A stretch of 64,000 nucleotides of DNA from the NCBI GenBank assembly GCA_038230295.1, contig JBBRNM010000004.1, positions 2,235 through 66,234 on the forward strand. Direction: 5' to 3'. Position 1 is the stretch's first letter; each line of letters begins with the position of its first letter. This document shows positions 39,272 to 48,833 of this stretch, piece after piece. The translations under genes were made by a program, and so were the position numbers. Below the pieces are notes generated by a model, which saw only the letters and a program-made list of their open reading frames with translations, made no database searches and had not been told where the DNA came from. The DNA is from Candidatus Limnocylindrales bacterium (lineage in GTDB: Bacteria; Chloroflexota; Limnocylindria; Limnocylindrales; CSP1-4).

Positions 39272-39289
39272 GCAATCGCTTCAACTGGG

Positions 39290-39730
39290 GTGCATCCTCG
39301 AGTGTTCACCGGCGAGTACCGGCACACGGTGGACGACAAGGGGCGGATCGCCGTCCCGGCGCGGTTCCGCGTTCAGCTCGAGGGCGGCGCCGTCGTGTCG
39401 CGCTGGATCGACGGTTGCCTCGCGATCCATAGCCGCTCCGGCTGGGAAGCGCTCTCGACGCGGGCCGCGGGCCTGCCAATCACCGACGACGCGGCTCGAC
39501 TCTTCCAGCGCCAGATCTTCGGCGGCGCGCAGGAGGTCGAGCTCGATCGCCAGGGCCGGGTGCTCGTGCCGGCGTACCTCCGGGACGAAGCCGGTCTCGC
39601 GACCGACGCGATCGTCGTCGGCATCCGGGATCACGCCGAGATCTGGTCGCCCGACCGCTGGGCGAAGTACCGCACACGCATGGACAACGCCGGGGACTTC
39701 GCGAAGGCGATCGCCGGCCTCGGGATCTAG
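39290..39730 (+). CDS. mraZ: Transcriptional regulator MraZ
   Basis: FTGEYRHTVDDKGRIAVPARFR plus a second SpoVT/AbrB-like repeat, DRQGRVLVPAYLR. Start is GTG 39290 or GTG 39302. Confidence 0.95.
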   Translation: MHPRVFTGEYRHTVDDKGRIAVPARFRVQLEGGAVVSRWIDGCLAIHSRSGWEALSTRAAGLPITDDAARLFQRQIFGGAQEVELDRQGRVLVPAYLRDEAGLATDAIVVGIRDHAEIWSPDRWAKYRTRMDNAGDFAKAIAGLGI

Positions 39731-39786
39731 GACCACACGCGTTTCCAGGATCCATTCGGACCCGAACCGTTGACGGTGGAGGAGAG

Positions 39787-40734
39787 ATGAAGGAAGGGCA
39801 CCAGCCGGTGCTGGTCGAGGAGGTCGTGACGATGCTCGCGGCCGCCCCTGGCAGCCTTCAGATCGACGCGACCGTCGGCGGCGGTGGGCACGCCGAGCGG
39901 ATCCTGGCGGCGACCGACCCTGATGGCCGCCTCCTCGGTCTCGACGCCGATGCGGCGGCCATCGCCAGAGTCCAGGCTCGCCTCGGGCCCCGATTCGGAC
40001 AGCGCCTCGTGCTGCGGCAGGCGAACTTCCGGGAGCTCGGAACGGTCGCGCCAGGTGTGGGCTTCGGGGTCGTCGACGGTTGCCTGCTCGACCTGGGGCT
40101 CTCGAGCTTCCAGCTCTCGGACGTCGATCGTGGCTTCAGCTTTCGGGCCGATGGCCCCCTCGACATGCGCTTCGACGCCTCGAGCGGCGTCCCGGCCGCG
40201 GAGCTGCTCGAGACCCTCGACGCTGCCGAGTTGACCGCGCTCTTCCGGCGCTATGGCGAGGAGCCATTTGCCGGACGGATTGCCCGGGCCATCGTCGAGG
40301 TTCGACGCGGTTTGCCGATCCGGACCGCCCAGGAGCTCGCCTCGCTGATCGAGCGCGTCGCTCCGTCGCGGGCGCCGGGTCGGCGCCGCATCCATCCCGC
40401 GACCCGGGTCTTCCAGGCCCTCCGCATCGCGGTGAACGAGGAGCTCGAGGCCCTCCAGGGCGGGCTCGCCGCGGCTCTCGACCTGCTGCGCCCGGGCGGC
40501 CGACTGGTGGTGCTGAGCTACCACTCGCTCGAGGACCGGATTGTCAAGCGGTTCTTCCAGGCCGAACGGCGGGGCTGCTCCTGCCCGCCCGAGCTGCCCG
40601 TCTGCGTCTGCGGCCGCCTGCCGCGCCTGCGCCTCGTGACGCCGAAGGGAATCGTTCCCGCCGCCGCGGAGATCGCAGCGAACCCCCGTGCCAGGAGCGC
40701 CCGGCTCCGCGCGGCCGAGCGCCTCGCCGCCTAG
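39787..40734 (+). CDS. rsmH: 16S rRNA (cytosine1402-N4)-methyltransferase
   Basis: HQPVLVEEVV...DATVGGGGHAERIL...DLGLSSFQL...SYHSLEDRIVK. Confidence 0.95.
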   Translation: MKEGHQPVLVEEVVTMLAAAPGSLQIDATVGGGGHAERILAATDPDGRLLGLDADAAAIARVQARLGPRFGQRLVLRQANFRELGTVAPGVGFGVVDGCLLDLGLSSFQLSDVDRGFSFRADGPLDMRFDASSGVPAAELLETLDAAELTALFRRYGEEPFAGRIARAIVEVRRGLPIRTAQELASLIERVAPSRAPGRRRIHPATRVFQALRIAVNEELEALQGGLAAALDLLRPGGRLVVLSYHSLEDRIVKRFFQAERRGCSCPPELPVCVCGRLPRLRLVTPKGIVPAAAEIAANPRARSARLRAAERLAA

Positions 40735-40796
40735 CCAGCCGAGCGGATCGGCGGTCAGGAACCGTCGGACGCGCCATTCAGGGGAGGAGGAGTCCC

Positions 40797-40991
40797 GTGA
40801 GCAAGCGCCACAACACCAGCCGCCGACGGACCTACGGGCGCCGGTTGCACGAGGTCCACGAGCGCCACGATCGACGGCCCGATCGCGACCGCGCCGAGAC
40901 GGACTCGGGGTCGATGTTCGACGACGCCCCGATGGATCCGCTCTTCCTCGATGGCCGCGCGCCTCGCTCGCGGTACGGGTTCGCCGACTGA
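40797..40991 (+). CDS. Possible small Arg/His-rich protein (64 aa) between rsmH and the ftsL-like gene
   Basis: GGAGGAGG at 40783-40790, then GTG 40797. VSKRHNTSRRRTYGRRLHEVHERHDRRPDRDRAETDSGSMFDDAPMDPLFLDGRAPRSRYGFAD. Its TGA overlaps the next ATG by 1 nt. Too short for the ORF track on its own. Confidence 0.4.
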   Translation: MSKRHNTSRRRTYGRRLHEVHERHDRRPDRDRAETDSGSMFDDAPMDPLFLDGRAPRSRYGFAD

Positions 40992-41428
40992 TGGCCATCT
41001 ACGAAGGCGCCCGGCCGCGTCCCGGGATCACCCTCCCATGGCTTCGCCCGGGCCTCGGCCCGCGCCCCGATGCGGTGCCGCCCTCGCGGCGGCGTCCGGC
41101 CGCCGGGACGCGAGCCCACGGAGCTCGACGAACCTCGGCCCGGCGGGGCGTTCGGGTGGCCCAGCGACCCCGAGCCGTCGGGGCGCTGCTCGCGGCCATC
41201 GTCATCATCTTCAGCGTCGCGTTCCTCTCGTTGAGCCAGAGCGTCCGCGTTGCGGCGACGAGCTATGACATCGTCCGCCTCGTCTCGGAGGGCGATCGGC
41301 TGTCGGCCCTGAAGGTCGACCTCCGTTCCGCCGTGGAGCGACTCGGCGCCGAGCCCGCGATCCGCAAGGGGGCGCTGGACGCCGGACTTGGCCAGCTCGG
41401 CGGACCCGTCGTCCTGTCGGCGCGATAG
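40991..41428 (+). CDS. ftsL: FtsL-like bitopic cell-division protein
   Basis: Basic N-terminus, single TM (AVGALLAAIVIIFSVAFLSL), then a helical region (YDIVRLVSEGDRLSALKVDLRSAVERL). Its position between rsmH and ftsI supports the call. Confidence 0.65.
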   Translation: MAIYEGARPRPGITLPWLRPGLGPRPDAVPPSRRRPAAGTRAHGARRTSARRGVRVAQRPRAVGALLAAIVIIFSVAFLSLSQSVRVAATSYDIVRLVSEGDRLSALKVDLRSAVERLGAEPAIRKGALDAGLGQLGGPVVLSAR

Positions 41429-41440
41429 GGCCCTCCATCG

Positions 41441-43264
41441 GTGATCCCACGGACCGTTTCCGGCACCCGGCTCATCACGTTGCTGGTGGTGTTCGGGCTG
41501 CTCGGGAGCGCTCTCGTCGTCCGGCTGGGCTACTGGCAGATCTCGCAGCACGACCGGCTGGTCGATAGCGCGCATCGCCAGCTCTTCATCCGGACCGAGA
41601 TCCCGAGCCGGCGCGGCGCGATCTTTGACCGCAGCGGGACCGTGGTCCTGGCCACCAGCGTCAGCCGTGACCGGCTCGTCGTGTCCGCCGAGCGGATGAC
41701 CGAGGCGGGCAAACAGCAGATGGTCGACTTCCTGACCCAGATGCTCGGGCTCGACGAGGCCGGCGCCGCCGGGGTGAGGGCGAAGCTCGACACCGGGAAG
41801 CCGTACCTCATCCTGGCGCGCGATCTCGCGCCCGGCCAGTCCGAGGCGATCCGCTCGGCGGCGGCGAACCAGGGCATCGTCGGGATCTCGTTCGAATCGG
41901 ACTCGTTCCGTCAGTACCCCCAGGCCGGTGGTGGCGCGGGGATGTCACTCGGGGCGCAGCTCCTCGGCTTCGTCAACCAGGCCGGCGCCGGCCAGTACGG
42001 GATCGAGCAGTTCTACCAGGCACCGCTGGCCGGCAAGCCCGAGGTCGTCGAGTACGACAAGGACGCCAACGGCATGCCCCTCGCCGACACCCAGCGCGTC
42101 GTCCAGGCGGGCGCGCCCGGCGACGATCTCCAGCTGACCATCGATTCCGGGCTCCAGCTCGCGATGGAGCAGGAGGTCATGGCGGTGAAGATCGCCGATC
42201 GCGCCGCGAGCGCCTCGGCGGTCGTCCTCGACCCGTACACCGGCGAGGTCTTCGGCGAAGCGACCTATCCCGGCTACGACGGCAACAACTACGCGGCGAC
42301 GGCCACCGCCGACCCGCGGCGCTTCATCGATCCGATCATCTCGGACGTCTACGAGCCGGGCTCGGTCTTCAAGATGCTGACGGTCCTGACGGCTCTCGAG
42401 GCCGGCACGACGACCCTCGCGACGAAGTATCGGGACACGGGCGTCCTCAGGCTCGACGGTGGCCGGACGAAGATCGAGGATGCCGACCGACGCGGGATGG
42501 GCGTCATGAAGCTCGAGGACGCGATCGCCTATTCGCGGAACGTCGTGGCCGCACGGGTCGCGCTCGGGCTCGCGCCGACCGTGGCGGATGCGTCCGCGAT
42601 GCTGCACGACGTCTGGACGCAGCTCGGCTTCGGCTCGCCAACCGGGATCGATCTGTCCGGCGAGGTCGGCGGGCTCGTCAACGATCCAGCGATCAGCGCA
42701 TGGCGCCAGATCGACCTCGCCAACGGGGCCTTCGGCCAGGGCGTGGCCGTCACGCCGATCCAGCTCGCGACCGCCTACGCGGCCATGGTCAACGGCGGCA
42801 ACCTCGTGCAGCCGCACGTGGTCGCCTCGATCGGCGGGCACCCCGTGAACGCACCGTCACGCGGCTCCGTCCTGCCAGCGTCTCTCAGCCCCAAGCTGGC
42901 GGGCCTCATGCATCACGTCATCCAGATCCCCTGGTACAAGGGCTTCACGACGGTCCCGGGCTACTGGCTCGGGGCGAAGACCGGCACGGCCCAGATCTGG
43001 GATGCGGTGCACGGCCGCTGGTTCCCGAACCTCTACAACTTCACCGCGGTGGGCTTCATCGGTCGCCGGGTCGGCCATCCGGACCTCATCGTCGCCGTCC
43101 AGATCCACGGCGCCCGACCGAATCGCAACGCCGCCGGCCAGCTCAGCCTGCCGGTCGCCTCGACGGAGCTCTACCGCCGGGTCGCGACCGACGCGATCAC
43201 GATCCCCGGCCTGCTTCAGCCACTGCCAGTCGAGGAGGCACCGGTCGCCAAGGCCGGCGAATGA
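41441..43264 (+). CDS. ftsI: Penicillin-binding protein (class B transpeptidase, FtsI/PBP2-like)
   Basis: N-terminal TM; SxxK PGSVFKMLT; SxN YSRNVV; KTG GAKTGTAQ. Confidence 0.9.
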   Translation: MIPRTVSGTRLITLLVVFGLLGSALVVRLGYWQISQHDRLVDSAHRQLFIRTEIPSRRGAIFDRSGTVVLATSVSRDRLVVSAERMTEAGKQQMVDFLTQMLGLDEAGAAGVRAKLDTGKPYLILARDLAPGQSEAIRSAAANQGIVGISFESDSFRQYPQAGGGAGMSLGAQLLGFVNQAGAGQYGIEQFYQAPLAGKPEVVEYDKDANGMPLADTQRVVQAGAPGDDLQLTIDSGLQLAMEQEVMAVKIADRAASASAVVLDPYTGEVFGEATYPGYDGNNYAATATADPRRFIDPIISDVYEPGSVFKMLTVLTALEAGTTTLATKYRDTGVLRLDGGRTKIEDADRRGMGVMKLEDAIAYSRNVVAARVALGLAPTVADASAMLHDVWTQLGFGSPTGIDLSGEVGGLVNDPAISAWRQIDLANGAFGQGVAVTPIQLATAYAAMVNGGNLVQPHVVASIGGHPVNAPSRGSVLPASLSPKLAGLMHHVIQIPWYKGFTTVPGYWLGAKTGTAQIWDAVHGRWFPNLYNFTAVGFIGRRVGHPDLIVAVQIHGARPNRNAAGQLSLPVASTELYRRVATDAITIPGLLQPLPVEEAPVAKAGE

Positions 43265-43280
43265 AGCCGGGCACCAAGGA

Positions 43281-44804
43281 ATGACGCCGGGTCCCTGTGC
43301 GACACTTCCAGGCGTGACGGTCGATCGGCCCTCGTCGCCGCCAGCCGGCGCGGGTCCGTCGGGCCAGACCCCGAGCCCGGGACCCGCACCGGCCCTCACG
43401 GCCCAGGACGTGGCTCGGTTCACGGGCGGCCGTCTCCTCCTCCGATCGGATCGCCCAATCCGTGGCGCCGCCGTGGATTCGCGCCTCGTTCGGCCGGGCG
43501 AGCTCTTCGTCGCGCTGTCCGGCGAGCGGACCGACGGCCATCGCTTCCTGCGGGAGGCGGCTGCCGCGGGCGCGGCGGCCGTCGTCGTGTCCCGCGCGCC
43601 CGGCGCCGAGGAGATCGCGGCGCTGGGTGACCTCACCCTGATCCAGGTCCCCGATGCGCTCGTCGCGCTCGGAGCCATCGCGGCCGGCTGGCGTGCCAGG
43701 TTCGATCTCCTCGTCGTCGGCGTCACGGGGAGCATCGCCAAGACCTCGACGAAGGAAGCCGCGGCGGCGGTTCTCGGCGCGAGCTTCCGGACCCTCCGCA
43801 GCGAGGGCAACCAGAACAACGAGATCGGACTGCCGCTCACGCTCCTGCGCCTCGGCCCGGAGCACGGCGCCGCCATCCTCGAGATGGGGATGTACGCCGG
43901 TGGCGAGATCGCCGACCTGGCGCGGATGGCGAAGCCGCGAATCGGCGTCGTGACTGCGGTTCACGGCGTCCACCTGAGCCGGCTCGGCTCCCTCGCCGCG
44001 ATCGAGCGGGCAAAGGGCGAGCTCGTCGAGGCCCTTCCCTCGGACGGCACGGCCATCCTCAACGCCGACGATCGGCGGGTCCGGCGGATGGCGGAGCGAA
44101 CGGCCGCCCCCACGATCACGTACGGGTTCGCGGCCGACGCCGATGTCGGGGCCGATGGGATCACGTCGGCCGGCTTCGATGGGATGCGCTTCTCGCTCCG
44201 GCTCCCCGCCGCCCCGGGCACCGGCCGACCGGTCCGGCTGCCAGCCGCGATTCCGGGCCTGGGGCAGCTCTCGGTCCACAACGCTCTTGCCGGCGCCGCC
44301 GTGGGTCACGCCGCCGGCATGGCGCCACAGACGATCGTCCACGCGCTCGCCGGCGGCTGGTCCGCAGCCCATCGCGGACAGGTGATCCCGCTCGGCTCGA
44401 TCCGGGTCATCGACGACAGCTACAACGCCTCACCGCCGTCGGTCAAGGCGGCCCTCGACCTCCTGGCAGGGCTGCCGGGCCGCCGCGTCGCCGTCCTCGG
44501 CGAGATGCTCGAGCTCGGCCGCGACGCCGAATCCGGCCATCGCGAGGTCGGCGTGGCGGCCGCGACGACGGCGGACCTGCTCGTCGTGGTCGGCGCCGGG
44601 GCCGCGGGGATCGCCGCCGGCGCAAAGGGCGCGGGTCTCGATCCGACGCGGATCCTCCAGGCCCGCGATCGCGACGCCGCGGTCGACCTCCTCCAGCATC
44701 GGCTCCGGCCCGGCGACGTCGTCCTCGTCAAGGCGTCCCGCGGAGTCGAGCTGGACAAGCTCATCGACGCGCTCCGGGATGATCCCAAGGCCCTTGGCCG
44801 ATGA
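43281..44804 (+). CDS. murF: UDP-N-acetylmuramoyl-tripeptide--D-alanyl-D-alanine ligase
   Basis: VGVTGSIAKTSTKE; GNQNNEIGLPLTLLRL (MurF signature). Start at ATG 43281. The upstream part of track ORF 43002..44804 overlaps ftsI and is rejected. Confidence 0.9.
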   Translation: MTPGPCATLPGVTVDRPSSPPAGAGPSGQTPSPGPAPALTAQDVARFTGGRLLLRSDRPIRGAAVDSRLVRPGELFVALSGERTDGHRFLREAAAAGAAAVVVSRAPGAEEIAALGDLTLIQVPDALVALGAIAAGWRARFDLLVVGVTGSIAKTSTKEAAAAVLGASFRTLRSEGNQNNEIGLPLTLLRLGPEHGAAILEMGMYAGGEIADLARMAKPRIGVVTAVHGVHLSRLGSLAAIERAKGELVEALPSDGTAILNADDRRVRRMAERTAAPTITYGFAADADVGADGITSAGFDGMRFSLRLPAAPGTGRPVRLPAAIPGLGQLSVHNALAGAAVGHAAGMAPQTIVHALAGGWSAAHRGQVIPLGSIRVIDDSYNASPPSVKAALDLLAGLPGRRVAVLGEMLELGRDAESGHREVGVAAATTADLLVVVGAGAAGIAAGAKGAGLDPTRILQARDRDAAVDLLQHRLRPGDVVLVKASRGVELDKLIDALRDDPKALGR

Positions 44805-45781
44805 GCGTCGAGCTGATCCAGGCGCTCCTGCTTGCGTTCGCGGTCATCGTCATCCTGATGCCCGCCTACATCCGGTTCCTGCGGTTCATCGGCATGGGGA
44901 AGCAGATCCGGGTGGAGGGTCCCGAGACGCACCTCGCGAAGGCCGGGACCCCGACGATGGGCGGTCTGCTCCTGATCGCCGTCGTCCTCGTGCTCTTCGT
45001 CCTGCTGCGCGGCTTTCCGCAGTTCGGGATCATCGCGCCCCTCGCGACGTTGCTCCTCGTCGGCGCTCTCGGCGCGGTCGACGACTACCTGAACGCCAAG
45101 ACGGGCGAAGGGATTCATGCCCGGCAGAAGATGCTGTGGCTCGTGGTGGTCGGCGTCGTCGCCGCGTTCCAGATCCAGCGAACCTACGCGATCGACGTCA
45201 TCGCGGTCCCCTTCGTCGGCTCGGTCGCCGTCTCGCCCGCGATCTACATCGTCTTCGCCGCGTTCGCGATCATCGCCTCGGCAAACGGCGTGAACATCAC
45301 CGACGGCCTCGACGGCCTGGCCGGCGGGACCCTGGTCTTCGCGTTCGTGGCGTACCTGCTCATCGCACTCCTGAACGAGCCGACCCAGCCGAACCTCGCC
45401 TCCCTGTGCGCCCTGATCATCGGGGCGCTGCTCGGCTTCCTGTGGTTCAACGTCCACCCCGCCCAGGTGATCATGGGTGACTCGGGCTCGCTCGCCCTCG
45501 GGGCGACGCTCGCCGTCACGGCGCTCATCACCGGCCAGATCCTCGTGCTCCCGTTCATCGGCCTCGTCTTCGTCATCGAGACCGCTTCGGTGGTCCTCCA
45601 GGTCGCGTACTTCAAGATCACTGGGGGCCGGCGGATCTTCAAGATGAGCCCGCTCCACCATCACTACGAGCTGCTCGGCTGGAACGAGGAGAAGATCACC
45701 CTGCGGTTCTGGATCGTCGGGATCATCGCCGGGCTGATCGGCGTCACCCTGTTCCTCGCCTCGATCGATCGGCTCCAGTGA
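44801..45781 (+). CDS. mraY: Phospho-N-acetylmuramoyl-pentapeptide transferase
   Basis: GTPTMGGLLLI...GAVDDYLN...NGVNITDGLDGLAGG...MGDSGSLALG. ATGA overlap with murF. Confidence 0.95.
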   Translation: MSVELIQALLLAFAVIVILMPAYIRFLRFIGMGKQIRVEGPETHLAKAGTPTMGGLLLIAVVLVLFVLLRGFPQFGIIAPLATLLLVGALGAVDDYLNAKTGEGIHARQKMLWLVVVGVVAAFQIQRTYAIDVIAVPFVGSVAVSPAIYIVFAAFAIIASANGVNITDGLDGLAGGTLVFAFVAYLLIALLNEPTQPNLASLCALIIGALLGFLWFNVHPAQVIMGDSGSLALGATLAVTALITGQILVLPFIGLVFVIETASVVLQVAYFKITGGRRIFKMSPLHHHYELLGWNEEKITLRFWIVGIIAGLIGVTLFLASIDRLQ

Positions 45782-47427
45782 GCTCGATGACGATGGAGCC
45801 GACGGCCACCCGGCGACCGATCGATCCCGACCGCCTCACGATGGCTGCGATCCGCGACGGCGCCCTTCGAGGCCGAGCGGTGGCGGTTCTCGGCTTCGCG
45901 CGCAGTGGGCTGGCGCTCGCCCGGTTTCTCGTCGACGCGGGCGCCGATGTCACGATCTACGACGGCCGGCCGGCCGCGGAGCTCGGAGGCGCGATCGAGG
46001 GCCTGGACGGCCGACGGGTCCGACTCCTCCTCGGGCCGGACGTCGAGCCAGCCGAGGCTTGGCAAGACGCGGAGCTCGTCACGAGCTCGCCGTCGATCAA
46101 CCCGGACTTCCCGACGACCGAGCCACGGCTTCGCGCAGCCCTCGGCGAGCTGGTCGAGCGTCGGCGAGCCGGCGATCCGTCGGCGCCGGCCGTCATCTGG
46201 GAGCCCGACCTGTTTCTCAGGCTCTGCCCGTCGCCGACGATCGGGATCACCGGCACGAAGGGCAAGACGACCACCTCGGCGCTCACCCATGCCGTGCTCG
46301 CCGCGGACCCGACGCATCGAGCGATCCTCGGCGGCAACATGGGCCGCCCGATCGTGGAGCGTCTGCCGGAGCTCGGGCCGGATGACCGCGTGGTGTTCGA
46401 GCTCTCCGAGCTGCAGCTGCCGACACTGTCCCGCGGGACGACCGTCGCGGTCTACACGAACGTGACTGCGGACCACCTCGACCGGCATGGCGACCTCGCC
46501 GCGTACCGGCGGGTCAAGCGTCGCCTGGCGGAGCTCGTCGATCCCCACGGCGCGCTCGTCATCAACGCCGACGACCCGGTCCTCGGGGCGTATGCCGGGA
46601 CCGGCGTGGCTCGATCGGTGTCGTACCGGCTCCAGGCCCCCGAGCGTGGCGGCCTCGGCCTGGTCGACGGCTGGATCGTCGCCTCGGACGTGGAGCCGCT
46701 GGCGGCCGTCATGGGGGGCGAGCCGCGGAGCGGCACGAACCGGATCCTGCCCGTCGCGGAGCTCGCGATCCCAGGGCGGCACAACATCTCGAATGCCATG
46801 GCGGCGGTGGCCGTGGGCCTGCTCTTCGGCGTCGAGGTCGCCGCCATTCGGCGCGCCGTCGCGGCCTTCACCGGCGTCGAGCACCGCCTCGAGACGGTCG
46901 ATGTCGTCGACGGCATCCGGTACGTCAACGATTCGCAGGGCACCCAGCCAGATGCCGTCGTGGCAGCGCTGCAGGCCTTCGAGGGGCCGATCGTGCTGAT
47001 CGCCGGCGGCCGCGACAAGGGCGTCGACCTGTCGCCGCTGGCCCGGGTCGTCGCCGATCGCGCGGCGGCGGCCGTGCTGATCGGGGAGAGCGCCGCGAAG
47101 CTGGAGCGTCTTTTCGCCGGGGCCGGGCTTCGGACGATCGAGCACGCGCCGACCCTCGAAACCGCGATCGGGCGCGCGGGTGAGCTGGCGCGGGAGGCCG
47201 CCGCAGCCGACGCTGCCAACGCGGCCGCCGAGAAGCCGGCAGAACGTTTGGGCGGCGCGTCCCCCGAGCCGGCCGCGACCGTCCTCCTGAGCCCGGCTGC
47301 CGCGAGCTTTGACATGTTTCCCGATTACGAGGCCCGTGGTCGCGCGTTCAAGGTTGCCGTGGCCGCGCTCCCCGGCGAGCACGTGCTCCCCGGCGGCCAC
47401 GTGCTCCCCACCGAGCGAAAGCCCTGA
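45778..47427 (+). CDS. murD: UDP-N-acetylmuramoylalanine--D-glutamate ligase
   Basis: AVLGFARSGLALARFL...GITGTKGKTTTSAL...VNDSQGT...LLSPAAASFDMF. GTGA overlap with mraY. Long for the family (549 aa), with a duplicated GEHVLPGGHVLP tail. Confidence 0.9.
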   Translation: MSSMTMEPTATRRPIDPDRLTMAAIRDGALRGRAVAVLGFARSGLALARFLVDAGADVTIYDGRPAAELGGAIEGLDGRRVRLLLGPDVEPAEAWQDAELVTSSPSINPDFPTTEPRLRAALGELVERRRAGDPSAPAVIWEPDLFLRLCPSPTIGITGTKGKTTTSALTHAVLAADPTHRAILGGNMGRPIVERLPELGPDDRVVFELSELQLPTLSRGTTVAVYTNVTADHLDRHGDLAAYRRVKRRLAELVDPHGALVINADDPVLGAYAGTGVARSVSYRLQAPERGGLGLVDGWIVASDVEPLAAVMGGEPRSGTNRILPVAELAIPGRHNISNAMAAVAVGLLFGVEVAAIRRAVAAFTGVEHRLETVDVVDGIRYVNDSQGTQPDAVVAALQAFEGPIVLIAGGRDKGVDLSPLARVVADRAAAAVLIGESAAKLERLFAGAGLRTIEHAPTLETAIGRAGELAREAAAADAANAAAEKPAERLGGASPEPAATVLLSPAAASFDMFPDYEARGRAFKVAVAALPGEHVLPGGHVLPTERKP

Positions 47428-48833
47428 TGGGCCTCGCACGGCGCGCCCTCGACGGAAAGCCCCCCCGATCCGAGCGCTCGCTCGGCGCCGAGCGGCATCG
47501 CGGCCGAGCGGCAGCGCCGACGACCCGGCGCGGTGCGGCGGGTGCGGACGCCCGACCCGCCGCCCGCACCAAGGCCGACGTCCTCCAGCGGGAACGTCAC
47601 CAGCCGGACTACGCGATCCTCGTCGCGGTCGTGGCGCTCGCCGCGATCGGGATCCTGATGGTCTACTCGTCCTCGGCGCTGCGGTCGTACATCGAGAAGG
47701 ACGACACGCTCGCGATCGTCGGGCCGCAGATCCTGTGGGCCGGGATCGGGCTGCTGGTGCTCGTGGCCGTCATGCGGATCGACTATCGCGTCCTACGGCT
47801 CGCGTCCGTGCCGGGTTATGCGGTCGCGGTCGTCCTGCTCGTCCTCGTCTTCGTGCCGCAGTTCAATCGCGTCGTCGGCGGGTCGGCGCGCTGGCTCGTC
47901 CTCGGGCCGCTCCCGGCGATCCATCCCGCCGAGGTCGCCAAGCTGGCCCTGATCATCTATCTGGCCCACTGGCTCGCCAATCGCGGCGCTCGAGTTGGGA
48001 GCTTCCGCAGCGGAACGATTCCGTTCCTCCTGATTCTCGCTCCCGTGGCACTCCTGGTATTCCGAGAGCCGGACCTCGGGACCACCGCGGTCATCGGCAT
48101 CACGGCGTTCACGATGTTCTTCGTCGCCGGCGCGAGCCTCTGGCAGTTCGGGGCCATCGGCGCGGTCGGCGTCGTCGGCGTCCTGCTCGTCGGCCTGCGC
48201 GGCTACCAATCCGATCGGATCAGGGCCTTCCTGGATCCGTGGGCCGACCCGCTGGGAGCCGGCTTCCACACGATCCAGGGATTGCTCGCGCTCGGCCTCG
48301 GCGGGATCCTCGGCAGCGGCCTCGGGGAGAGCAAGCTCGCCGGCGGGCTGTACCTGCCCAACGCCTGGAACGACTTCATCTTCGCGATCATCGGCGAGGA
48401 GTTCGGGTTCGTCGGCGCAGCCGCGGTCATCGCTCTCTTCCTGGTCCTGGCGTGGGCGGGGATCCGGACCGCGATGCGCGCGCCCGATACCTTCGGGGCG
48501 CTGCTCGCAGCGGGCATCACGGCCTGGCTGTGCCTCCAGGCATTCATCAACATCGCGGTCGTCGTGGCGCTGCTGCCGGTCACGGGGATCACCCTTCCGT
48601 TCATCAGCGCCGGTGGCTCGTCGCTCGTCGTGAGCTTCGCCGCCGTCGGGATCCTGCTCTCGATCTCGCGCGAGACGCTTGAACCCGGAGAACGGAGAAT
48701 CGCGCAGAAGTCCAGCCAGAGAACGGAGCAGAAGATCGATGCGCCTGCTGATCGCGGGCGGGGGCACGGGGGGCCACATCTACCCGGCTCTCGCCGTCGC
48801 GAGCTCGCTTCGACGCCGCGTCCTCGCGCCTGA
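47427..48833 (+). CDS. ftsW: Peptidoglycan glycosyltransferase FtsW (SEDS family)
   Basis: Multi-TM; HPAEVAKLALIIYLAHWL...DLGTTAV...TLPFISAGGSS. Basic N-terminal extension of about 45 aa. Confidence 0.9.
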   Translation: MGLARRALDGKPPRSERSLGAERHRGRAAAPTTRRGAAGADARPAARTKADVLQRERHQPDYAILVAVVALAAIGILMVYSSSALRSYIEKDDTLAIVGPQILWAGIGLLVLVAVMRIDYRVLRLASVPGYAVAVVLLVLVFVPQFNRVVGGSARWLVLGPLPAIHPAEVAKLALIIYLAHWLANRGARVGSFRSGTIPFLLILAPVALLVFREPDLGTTAVIGITAFTMFFVAGASLWQFGAIGAVGVVGVLLVGLRGYQSDRIRAFLDPWADPLGAGFHTIQGLLALGLGGILGSGLGESKLAGGLYLPNAWNDFIFAIIGEEFGFVGAAAVIALFLVLAWAGIRTAMRAPDTFGALLAAGITAWLCLQAFINIAVVVALLPVTGITLPFISAGGSSLVVSFAAVGILLSISRETLEPGERRIAQKSSQRTEQKIDAPADRGRGHGGPHLPGSRRRELASTPRPRA

